This document shows positions 1 through 11,737 of a DNA stretch of 64,000 nt, in pieces (positions within the stretch are counted from its first letter, which is position 1; each line of letters starts with the position of its first letter). Both the position numbers and the translations under genes were made by a program. Source of the stretch: Bugula neritina (lineage: Eukaryota > Animalia > Bryozoa); NCBI GenBank assembly GCA_964035545.1, contig OZ037766.1, positions 7,926,722 through 7,990,721 on the forward strand, written 5' to 3'. The notes beneath the pieces are model-generated. The model was given only the letters and a program-made list of their open reading frames with translations, was not told where the DNA came from and searched no databases.

Positions 1-940
1 GAGCTTTGATATTTTATTTGAATGTCTTTTGCCAAGCCTAGCACTTCTTGCATTTTTAAACTTTATCAATTCTAACCAGGATGAAGTTTTGTACCTTGTG
101 AGAATATATTTTATAAGAAAATGACGATATTGAAAAAATATTATAATGAGCTCACGTGACACCTTTGCCCTCCTGTAACCTGAAATTCATTGTCTTCTGC
201 ACGTATCTTTACTTAAAGTGGATTCAGTAAATCTAGCTTTGTAATCGTATAAAATAGAGTTATGAGACAGAAACTTTTTATATATTTTTATCCTATTAGC
301 AGCTCATTAACCTTATAGTAAAATTTTCCGCATAGCATAAAGCTAGCAACACCCTAGGGTGATATAATGTGGTCAATGGTATTTTAAAATGCAGTGTGTG
401 TATTGATTCCAATTTCCATTACAACAGTGGCTTGAGGTTATGTTTGCTCTTAGTGCAAATATTATGCTTTAGTTCCCATCCTACTTGATGATGGCAATGC
501 CCGCACAATAAAAGTTGCATGTGAGGTTTTGACAAACAGAATGTTGTCATATGAATAAAAATATATAGTTTGCTAGAAAACTTTAACTTTCCTAAATATT
601 TTAGCATAAACATTTTAAACTGAAATGTTGATTATATTATTTATATATAAAAAACTATGTTTCAATGTGCTTTTAAAACAGCTTGCACATGCATGTGACC
701 AGCAGTGGTTTGATCCATTGCAGCAAATTATGCATACTTATTAATATTGGCAATCTAAAAGTAGTTATATAATAATATAGATAATAGAAGATATTATTCT
801 CTATTAAAAATGTTGGAATTTGAAATATATCCATCTACTAATGTTTTAGATTTTTGCATAAAGACAAATATTTTTGAAGCATAATGACTTTAGTGTGATT
901 TCTTTATCTTTTCACTTAAATGAACTTTTTCATTTAAAAC

Positions 941-2305
941 ATGGATCATTGCATACGCTCAATTAATTACCCATATTATTCACTCGGCTCTCCTGGATGT
1001 TGCTCAAGCAGCAATGGGGACACTATATGTGTAAGTAAAAATTTGGACACAACCATGAAAGAAAAACTCTCAGATTTCTTCTCTGGCTTGTCTACTGGCA
1101 ACGTAACTATAGTCCAAAAAGTGGAAAAAATGGTACATGAACAGAGAAGTGAAATTGAATTGCTCAATGCACGAATCAACTCATTGAATCGACAAGTTAG
1201 CAGACAGAAAGAATACTATACCAAGAGAGAAAGCATAATTAAAGAAATGTATGAAGAGGAATTAAGCATGATCGAGAGTGCGCATATTTCCTGTAATAAC
1301 AGTGAGCACTGTGAAGTCCTTCATTTCAAAAAGACAGCTCATCAAGTCGTAAAGTCATCAAGTTTTGTAATTGGAATACCGACCCATGGTAACAGTCACC
1401 ATAGTGAACCTGCTTTAAGTTTAGCTTCTCCGAAATGTGATGCCAGCACAAGCACAGAGGTACCAGGTGTAAGCTCTGCCTGTTCAATGCCTAAACTTGT
1501 GGATGCATCGTGCTCCATGTTGGCTATCAACGACAAGGAAATGGTGTCTAAATGTGTTCAAAAAGATCTAGTCACATCTCCTCAGGCAAAGTCTGTTTTA
1601 GGTAAAACTTTGGCAGCAGATTATCTAACATGTGGAGATGACTCTCCACTGAAACCGATTGGTGATAAATTAACAAAACAGTTGAATAAAGAGCTGAATG
1701 ACGACAAGGCATTTTATGAGGTGGAAAAGTTGCATGGGAAAACCCAATATCTTTATAGAAAGCTGAACGTCGTTCTTAAGGAGCTTTGTGAAAATACTGG
1801 TAAAATATGTACAACAGACCTGGAAGAAACAGAAAAATTGAACATCAAAAGAGAGAAGAAGTGGAAAAAGAGAAATAATCATACAGCAATATCTCTACAT
1901 GCAAAGAGTGATGCATTGAAAGCACCACTTTCGAGTAGAAGAAATGATTTAGAGAAAAATAGTAAAAATATTAAGTTTACAAATAATTCTAAAGAACCTC
2001 TAGCAGCAGTACATGCAGATTTAGTTAAAAACACAGCTGGGGTAAACACACAAGCTTTGCAAGTCTGTAAAGTTGATAAGAACAAAGGATTGCACAATAA
2101 TTCACCACATGATACAAATTCACACCATTATCAATTAGAGCAATTAGCTTGTCCAGTACCAAAAGAAGTTGCGTCTGATGTTGGTCAGACCATACTTCAC
2201 AAAGCTACCTGCTCTCACTTGGACAAAAAATCTCTTCATGACGATCGCACTGTAAACTCTGATGTTTCAACTATTGCAACTCTTATATTTGATGATAAAT
2301 TCTAA
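941..2305 (+). CDS. Uncharacterised 454-aa protein with N-terminal coiled-coil-like segment (single exon or large terminal exon)
   Basis: 1365-nt stop-free ORF in very AT-rich DNA; heptad-like stretch VHEQRSEIELLNARINSLNRQVSRQ; AATAAA near 2598. No family recognised. Confidence 0.55.
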   Translation: MDHCIRSINYPYYSLGSPGCCSSSNGDTICVSKNLDTTMKEKLSDFFSGLSTGNVTIVQKVEKMVHEQRSEIELLNARINSLNRQVSRQKEYYTKRESIIKEMYEEELSMIESAHISCNNSEHCEVLHFKKTAHQVVKSSSFVIGIPTHGNSHHSEPALSLASPKCDASTSTEVPGVSSACSMPKLVDASCSMLAINDKEMVSKCVQKDLVTSPQAKSVLGKTLAADYLTCGDDSPLKPIGDKLTKQLNKELNDDKAFYEVEKLHGKTQYLYRKLNVVLKELCENTGKICTTDLEETEKLNIKREKKWKKRNNHTAISLHAKSDALKAPLSSRRNDLEKNSKNIKFTNNSKEPLAAVHADLVKNTAGVNTQALQVCKVDKNKGLHNNSPHDTNSHHYQLEQLACPVPKEVASDVGQTILHKATCSHLDKKSLHDDRTVNSDVSTIATLIFDDKF

Positions 2306-2883
2306 TCAGTGCGGAATATTATTGTATATAATATGTTGTGTGTAGAATAGTTTTGTATTGTAGCGGCTGTATTGTAGTGACAATAATTTGCTACTATTGC
2401 TGCAGATATCGGTATTCTTTAAATGGTTCAAAAATAGGATCACTCACAATCAGAGGCTTGTGAAGGATATTTTGGTTTAGACTAAAATTAAAGACTACAG
2501 AAAAACGGCATTATCTTATATTATATTATAACAAAATATATTTTGATTATATATGAAATCCTGTTATGCAATTGTATTTTTATTAAACACGTTGTTGAAT
2601 AAAACTGTTATTAATCAAAGTCAGTAACAGCATAATATAACGCAAAAACATACATTAGTTTTAGCAAGAGCATTCATCTTTCAAACAACTACTGTATAGT
2701 ATAAGTTACTTTATTGTCCACAAAATTTGGTGTGAAACTATATTTACATATGTCATTCATAAAGCAGCACTTTTATAGTGGAGCACAGATTATAAATTTT
2801 GTAGTGTATTTGATATTCTTATGTTCACATACAATCAGTATGGTACTAAAATACACGATAATGTTGCAAAAACTCAATAGTTA

Positions 2884-5342
2884 TTATGAAGAAGTCTTCT
2901 TTACACGCCATACAGGCTTATCTGCCGTAGATACCGACATTCTTCTCATGTATGTAATATAGTCGCTGTCCTTTTCATCCTCATCCGCTGTATAGCCTCT
3001 CCATGGTCTAGAATCTGCGCTAACATTTATTAGAGATGTTGAGGGACGTCTGCCATTTAACCTCAATGAGCTGATGTCCAGTTCATCTGGGGTAGATTGT
3101 CCATGTTCAGCTATTAAGGAAGGCCGTCTATCCCTCCCTCGTTTGCTGTATGAGGACAAAGGCTGAGTAGACTGACGTCTTTGTGGACATGGAGGGAGAA
3201 GGGCTGATTTTATAGCACTAATTGCCAGACCTAATTATTAAACACAGTAAACATTATATAACCAGGAAACCTAAAGTTATAAATCATGCTATGAATAATA
3301 TATCATGCTTATTGGCCACCAAATTGTTTTACTGCTTTTTGGTAAATTATGGTAATGTAGAGCAGACAGTGTGTCTAAAAATAAAAAGCGTTTTACCAGC
3401 GTAGATATAAGTAGCACTAGAATTGCTATTTATATACCACATTACTAGAAAACCAGATGAGCTGATTGACTTTTATCTATAAACTTGTAAACACTCTATT
3501 TGCAAGCCGCTCAATAGTCTTGCACTGGCACTGCGCACACAATTCTTACATTTATTCAATTAGTTATGATTTCCACGCTTGTCAGCTTATGTTCTGTTAC
3601 TATAAGCTTCATAAAATACCTGCTTTGTCAGGAATGTGAAGTCTGTCAGAGTCTGTAATGTGCAGAGTCCCATCTCTTCCTTTAGAACCATATTGCAGCT
3701 TTACCGAGTCACCCATTCTTGCCTTTGTCGTAATCTTCATTATAGTTTTTAGCTAAAATTTTGAACATTTATTACATTACATTTATTATTTGGATATTTA
3801 TTACAGCACACTGATTAATTCTACACTGAATAATAATCCAGGGCATGGTAGAAATTGCCAATGGAGAGTGCCCTGTCACTGTGTGTATCACACATAACAT
3901 TTAAAACAAGAAAGAATATTATTTACAAACTATAGGCAAACAAATAAAAGGGTATTATAAAAACCCTACAATTTAACTTATTACTACAGCTAATGTCAAT
4001 GTATTATTGCCATTTACTTGACTGTGAGAAGACAGCAGCCTTTTTAAACCTCACAATTGCGATTCTTCTAGAATAAAATAGCGAGTCAGTCCTACGGAAA
4101 AATAGCTTTAGATTTTTATTATCTAAAAAAGATATTCACTATTTATTACATTTATGATAATGAACAAGTCAAATATTTGAGGGTTAAACCAAAAACAACA
4201 TTATATTCTCACAAACTGCTTGCTACTGTGAAATTGTTAATTTCATGAATGCATAATATATTAGGTTTATTTACACATATGATTTAACCATCTTTGTTTT
4301 GGTTTATTTTCATCAATATACATGTATGTAATAAGAAAGTAAGTAGAAATATGGGAGGTGATGATGAGACTTGAATGGGCCAATTCTAGCAAAACTTATG
4401 GAAATACAAATTATTGGAGATGTTTCAGTAAGTTTCAATGTATTGGCAGGATTAAACCTGAAAGTAATAAGAATATGAGAAAACTAGTTATATTACTCTT
4501 ACCAAAGTTCCAGTCTAGAAAATAAAATATTTTTTGACCAAAAACCTTTTGAACAATAGTTTATCAATGTAAAGTTTGAAAAGTAAAATAATTTTAACAT
4601 AAAAATCATTTTTCATATATAAACTAAATGGCATGCTAATTATGCAATGATATGTTTTTTATATTCTATTATACCAAATTTACTTAGCAGTTAAAAACTA
4701 TACCCCTCTATGTAATGAATTTATAGTAAAAGTATGATTCTATTTCTAGAATAAGAGAAGATGCAAAAAATCTAAAATATTGCACCAATTGCATATAGGT
4801 TTATCTTCTGTAGATATGCTATATAAATTTTGAAGGCTTACAAATGTTAAGGATAGGCTACAGGCAATCGATCTACTAAAACAGCGGGGAATATCATTGC
4901 TATATGTATAATGATATCGGCATGAGTTTCTTCAAATCAATTCATTTATTATAATATTGTCTTTTATAATATGAAAATCACTGTGATATTTATTTAAAAA
5001 TATATAAATTCAAGGAACGCTTTATTATTACTATAATATTTTGAATACACAGCTGTATTCATTTCAGAGCTCTTATCTAAACTCTGTGATATTTGAAATA
5101 TTAGTTTGCTTTGTCTATATATAAATAAAGTAATATTAAAATAAACTATTTATAAGGAAGTCACTAACTCATACCGTGTAATATTTATATATTTATTAAG
5201 CCATAGCATATCATAATTTAGAACAAATACAATTATAAAAGATTATAAAAGTACAAATACTCACAGGCCGTCTGCATCTCACAACCAGTTGATCTCTTTT
5301 GTCTGTGTATCTCAGAATGTAGAGATGAGTGTCTGTAACCAT
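2884..5342 (-). CDS. Hypothetical 3-exon protein rich in RRxS motifs
   Basis: Phase-compatible GT-AG exons 5342-5265 (MVTDTH..RRP), 3752-3620 (LKTIMK..DKA), 3203-2884 (LLPPCPQRRQS..KKTSS*). The start could instead be the ATG at 3740. Confidence 0.5.
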
Positions 5343-5610
5343 TATATGGCTAAAACAACACCACATGGTTCTTATTACATGCAGTCATAGAAAGAACCAG
5401 CTCTGAGTTTATCATTACTTTCGATTATCATTTTATATTATTGCTTCATCTTCAAGATAATTATTAATTTTGTCACTGCATTAATATACTTGACCGTTTA
5501 TTATATAGACTTGTATTTGGTACAATGCATATAACTGTTAATCACACTTAGCCTATAATAACAATATAGGTCTTTAGAGCACAAAATACTTTATTGTAAT
5601 ATGTAGTATT

Positions 5611-5672
5611 ACACACACACGCACGCACACACGCACGCACGCATGCACGCACACACCCACACACACACACAC
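5611..5672. repeat. (CA)n/(CACG)n microsatellite
   Basis: Read directly. Confidence 0.9.
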
Positions 5673-8257
5673 ATATTTAATATCTAATATCTATATTGTA
5701 ATTGGTGACTCATATAGAGCTTTTGGTAAAGTTTAGTAGCATCATAATATAATTCCTTACATAATATAACCACCGGATACTATATTGAGCTGCTATGCTT
5801 GCCTTATATCATATCTTTATTCTGGTACTCATGCAGAATATTCTGTATTATCAAGAGAAATATTATACTCTAATTCACCTGGGAACAAATTCAGCATTAT
5901 CTTTTATATGCTCACAACTGCAGTGAAACCTTATGAGTGACTTTCGCTCCCATTCAGCTAAATCAATAACAGTACCAAGTTCACTGCGCGAGTCCAACAC
6001 CCCTTCTCCTAAAATAAGCTGATGGAATTTACGATCATAGTATATATTTTATCTTTTCTCATATTATATGTGAATATTAGTTATTATTTAAATTGCATAC
6101 AGCATATCTAGATAATTACCAATATTCACAAATATATTTTCAAACTCTTGCTAGGAAATTGATATAAAAAAATATTGCATTATGGAACTGTTAGAGCTGC
6201 TAAAAATTGCAAGTAAAAGGACATTTACAATTAAACCATCACTGCTAGATTAATATTGTTAAATTCATGTATACTGAAATTAATGAATTGGTACGGTTTT
6301 GTAACAGCTGTAAGTATAGTTTATTGTGCGAAGAGATAAAAACATTTTATTTTCTAGTCACTAACATTTGGTGTTACATATTACACATGAATGAAGACAG
6401 AGTATGATTCTCATAGACAACTGACCTTCTAATGTAACCAGATACTGTGCCGATTTTCTAGTTTCAAGCTTCTTCTTCACTCTTGTAAATTGACAAGGAG
6501 TTTTACTGCTTAATTCTGACATTGTTGAAAGCTCTTTGCTTTGTGAAATAACAGAAAAATAGTTTCCCTTCAATATAGATAGCTTCTGGGATACTATCTA
6601 TTTTAGTTACCAAGAACTTTCACTACTTGACAGAATTATGAATCACTCCAACTATTATTACACTTGCCACTGGTCTCAATGCAATAATGTAACTGGCCCA
6701 TTAGCATAATTGACTGAGTTGTTTGTGTATGCTAAACATTGATTTCTTCTACCAGAGAAACTATGAATAACAAAACAGAGTAGTGCATTGCCGTAGAGCT
6801 CAAATCCAAAATACAACCAGATAAACCTTTCTTAGAACATATTTACATTTACAAAGTATAATATTTTGGTTTGAAGCTCAGAATAATTTCATGATAACAT
6901 TATTCTATCAGTTATATTTGGTATCATCAAAGCTCATAAGTAAATGCCAGTTATAAGTTTAAATGGCTCACAAATGGTATATTCTAAATGCTAGTTAGCT
7001 AACAATAGAAGAGAATTTGTTTTGCTGCAAGTTTTATATTATAAAGTTGGTACAGTATAATAGACGGAATTTGCACTCAAAAGATCATCTTTAGCTAGGT
7101 TACTAGATGATGCAAATTGCCACAATTAGTAACATGAAACTAATAATTAGCAATTGGCTTTTGAAACTGCAACGGCAATCTGTTATATGAATAGCATTGT
7201 GAACAAAAATTATGGTGACCAGTTATTAACCAGTTTTTGGTAGATATATGATGATATTACAGTCAAGTTGCATAACATGTTTTCATAATAATGATAATAA
7301 AATAATATAATATTATGGTTGATGTAGATTGTGCAAACTGATATTCGACAAGAATTTGGGGAAATATAATAAATATAACTGAAGTATAGGCTATACCCAA
7401 GCCCATCTTAAAAATTTGAATGTTCACAAATAAAAAGTTCAAGCTAGGAACTCGTTTGTTTAATGAGAGTACATGTTCATGGTTCTGGTCTTTCTATTCA
7501 AGCTGCAAAATACAAATTCATTTAGCTTGTTGCTTTTTAAAAGATTGATGACTGATTTGATTTCAATTTTGCTAGCTAAGTAGGTGGTACCTAATCTGAT
7601 TTTGTATAATAAGGTGTGTATTTCATCTGCATGTCCTACGTATTACCAGCTGGAACACACTCTATCATCCTAACCATGCTTAATTTTTGCTTAATGTAAC
7701 TTACTAAAGTAACTTAGACCTATTATAGGGCTATACCAGAGGCTACTTAAGCCATGTAGGTAAATTGTAAATCAATGGTCTAGGTATCCCTGAAGGACTT
7801 GTAATGACTTACAAGGGCTACAAGTGCAATAATGGTAGTGGCAATTATATACCATCAGCTGAATCATACTTGCGCTTGAACCAACTATCACATATTTTTC
7901 ATTACAGTTTTAAACTCTAGAAATAAAAATGCATGTAGATAACTATGCTGTATATTTTAAAAAGAAGTTGTGCTACGAAAATTACATAACTAGCAAAGCC
8001 TTATGCGAATTTTTGCATAAAGTTGTACATGATATTTGCAAGTGCCTGCATAATAATTATAATAATACTATAAAGCATTATAAATTAAAACGCATGCTTT
8101 TGTCTGCTAAACCCATATACAGATAACATGGTTTGCAATTAATCTGCTATATATACTTTATATGACTATAATTACGATTTGTAAAAGCTTTTGTATATAT
8201 GAACTGTGTTGCAGAAACTTTACAACATGCATGCTTGTAGTATAAATCTAAATGGTA

Positions 8258-8258
<1 letters not shown>

Positions 8259-8321
<63 letters not shown>

Positions 8322-8362
8322 GGTATGTATATATATATGTATATGTATATGTATATGTATAT
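8259..8362. repeat. (TA)n plus (TATATG)n microsatellite
   Basis: Read directly; accounts for the YIYI ORFs. Confidence 0.95.
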
Positions 8363-9324
8363 ACTTATTTACATACTTATGCATGCATTCTGCAGAATGT
8401 GGGAAATGCATCGGCCATCATCTTACTCCAATAGAATTTTTAATAGTAGCAAAATTCAACTTCTGTAATGATAGAAAATTTGTCACTTATAGTGTTTAGC
8501 TTTTTAATAACTTAGATAGTCATATGCTTTTAGAGTTTGTGTCACTTTTTCTATATCTTAGTTTCTTTGTACAATTCGACAATTTAAAATAAGTGCCACT
8601 TTTCGAAAGTTGGTGGACTTTCTTTTAGCTGATGAACTGTTATTGCATGCTAGAAAAAGTTGATAGGCTTTTATATATTATGTTTTATAGACTTTAAATC
8701 AAATTTATCAAACGCTAGAATCACTATTTCTTATGATCTACTAGTTAACTTCTAAGAGTGTAGCAAGATAAAAGAGTGTTGTGATTATAATTGTTGAAGT
8801 TTAAAATTATAATTTCATTGAAAATATATTTGATTAATGTTGTTGAAAAAATTTCAAACACAGGTCACCTGTTCGATGATGCTACTTATATAACCATTTT
8901 GGCTACAAATACACTGCCTATTTAAATATCATTGATTATTATAAGTGCTATTGGCATAATTTACATTTTATAACTTTGGATATTATAAAAAGAGTTTTCC
9001 TCTCCGTTGTTAAAAGTGTTTTCTTTAGCCCTAAGAATACGTCTTTTAGTGCAAACATTCAATCGGGGGCTCTCACGAGATGGACGTATTGAGTTGCAGG
9101 TCTACATTGTCAATATAAATAATATTATTGGAACCTCGACAGACTTATTAGTCCTTGAACTTGATTGCTGCAACTGGCAAACAATAATTATTTGCAATTG
9201 TGAATTACATAATAAATATTTATAATTAATAATTCCATTATTATTGCCATTACTATGAGTGAAATTAAATATTTTTACAGCTATTCATATTGAATATAAA
9301 CCGTTTTTTCAAGTTCATATTAAT

Positions 9325-9760
9325 TGTATACTATGAGTATTACTATTAGTATTACTATTACTATTACTATTACTATTAGTATTAGTATTACTCTATTAGT
9401 ATTACTATTAGTATTAATAGTATTAGTATTACTATTACTATTAGTATTAGACATTACTATTAGATTTAGTATTAGTATTATTATAACTCTAAGCAATAAA
9501 GAAAAGTATTACTCATTAGTATTAGTATTACTATGATACTGTAATAGTAATAGTATTGTAATTGAGTTCTTATAACTTATTCAATGATTCATATTGACAA
9601 TCAGTATGGGTATCACAATCAGTGACCAGTGGTGATATTGATCGTCATAGTGAAAGTAATGTAGTAGTAATACTAATAGGCAATTGATATTACGCTAGCA
9701 GTTTACTATTACTAATAGTATGATTATTACTATAACTAATACTAATAGAATAGAATAGAA
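9325..9760. repeat. TA-periodic low-complexity tract (TATTAG/TATTAC-type, then its reverse-complement type)
   Basis: Read directly; upstream of the HIGD2A-like ATG. Confidence 0.8.
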
Positions 9761-9849
9761 GTTTAGGCATCTTCTTTTTTGGTTATAGGCTCATTATGGT
9801 TATTATAATCTTTATATTGATTAGATTTCAATTTATATAATAATAATCA

Positions 9850-10066
9850 AGGAAGTAGTCGTGGTCTAGGGGTTAGAGCGTTTGCCTAGTGAACACGAGG
9901 TCATGGGCTCGAGCCCGGACAAAGGCCATTGGTGATGTTAGGAGGAGCATCCAGTCATAATTGCTCTTGTGCCTCATTTAAATAAGTCCTTAGCCCGCTT
10001 TAACAAAAACCCTTTCTACCAGGGGTTTCTCACAGGTATAGTGACTATAAACTTGCGTGAGTTTTT
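9850..10066 (+). mobile_element. tRNA-derived SINE, copy 1
   Basis: A-box-like GTGGTCTAGGGG, B-box-like GGCTCGAGCCC, conserved body, GAGTTTTT tail; TSD ATATAATAATAATCA (9835-9849 / 10067-10081); four more copies in the window. Confidence 0.9.
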
Positions 10067-10198
10067 ATATAATAATAATCAGTATCAATATTTCATGTGA
10101 AGATATAAATTTTTATAATAGTTATAATGTAAATATTTATCAGTTTCATTTCACATATTTCTATTTTAATAAAAAATGTACTCTTGGTTATTAGCACA

Positions 10199-11400
10199 AT
10201 GCCCTCTAGTAAAGATAGTGACTCTCGATCTCAGTCTGTGCCTGAAAAAAGTTTCCAGAATGAGGCTAAGCCAGTAAAGTTTGAGTATTTACCTCCAACA
10301 CCTGACATGAGAAGTGCACTAGACCTGATGGATGGAGAAACAACTAAAGAGAAATTTATTCGAAAGTTTTCTGAACAGCCATTAATACCAATTGGTGAGT
10401 GAATAGGATAACGGCGCCGAGTCTTTTCTGTAAAAATAAGGCTGAGTGAAACTTGAAGTAGTATGACAAACCTAGCTCACAAATAGTTGCTTTCAGTCAT
10501 TTGCAGAAACCAAACCAGCACTAAAATAAGTTGAGAATAAAGATTATATTCAAGGCTTAAATTTTGTATAATTTATGTTCTACTTGGAAATTTTATAGCA
10601 GAACTTTTACTTTAGCTTTACTCTTATTGGTGGTACTGGTATTAAAGGCATTGGGAGATCTTGCATCAATTTCAATACTAAGTTAATTCCTAACAATAAA
10701 TGACAATGTTAGCTTTTTGTCCTCATTTTATAAAATGAATTTGAGCAATAAAAAAATTAATTTTCATATAAATTTTGAGCAGAGATAATTAAGTATGTTG
10801 CATGGTGCTTGAACAATTTCGAACAGTCATAATCTTCCACAACACTTTGCATAACTTTCATAGTGACACTGTTTCTGGCATGTATTCTACAGACTTAATA
10901 GATCCTTTTTAAAGAGGTAAAGTACTGTAACCAGTGTATTGGTGGATTGTAAGAAGCTTGCCCTCTTTATTAAGGATTAAACTTAGGTAAACCTTTTTCC
11001 TTCACCTCACCAAGTAACATAGCTATGTTAATTGGAGTTGTCATACGTTTTTAATTTGGGAGTTTTCTTCTATAGAAAACTTGTAGCTTTGAAAAACAAT
11101 TTCAGGTTGGCTTTTCAAATACTGAATCTGTAACTCTTCATTTGCATGTAGTTTTTGAAATTTGATCATGTTGCTAGAAAGTTGGTTAGTGTACTGTGCA
11201 TCAGAATATAAACATAATTTGTAGGTTGTGGTTTGACAGCTACTGCTTTGGGTTATGGACTGATACAGATGAAAACTGGCAACCAGTTTATGTCTCAAAG
11301 AATGATGAGATTACGTATTTTGGCTCAAGGTTTTACAGTCATAGCTTGCTTAGTTGGAGTTTTACATACTGCTAAAAGTAAACGTTCTTCTGTCACATAA
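10199..11400 (+). CDS. HIGD2A: HIG1 domain family member 2A-like mitochondrial protein
   Basis: Exons 10199-10394 and 11225-11400 give ETTKEKFIRKFSEQPLIPIGCGLTATALGYGL..SQRMMRLRILAQGFTV, a HIG1-domain signature. Confidence 0.9.
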
Positions 11401-11737
11401 ATTTATGAAGAGTTTACTAGGCTTTAATTTTTAGCAAATAATTCTCTAATTTTTTATAGTTGAAATATTTTCACCATTTTATTAGATAAGAATGAATAGA
11501 AGCAACATTGTTAACAAATATAACATGACAAAGTTTGAGGCTGTTACAGATCTAACTTATTTTTATTGCTAAGCGTATCTATAAGGTATAATGTTCATAA
11601 TTGTTAAAATAATGACATCATCTTTATAAAGGTGTGATAACAAAAGCTAAAAGATAATTGAAATGACACTTTTTTAATTTTAAATACTTAAAAAATTAAT
11701 GCAGAGAAAATGGTTCAGATTTCTTTATGGAAATGTT

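Noticed and set aside
8206-8499. ORFs with YIYIYI runs, and ITIT/LLLL ORFs at 9324, 19986, 33011 and 38542
   Set aside because: Translations of microsatellites and low-complexity tracts.
9850-9925. tRNA-like sequences at SINE heads
   Set aside because: No complete cloverleaf; followed by a conserved SINE body and flanked by TSDs.
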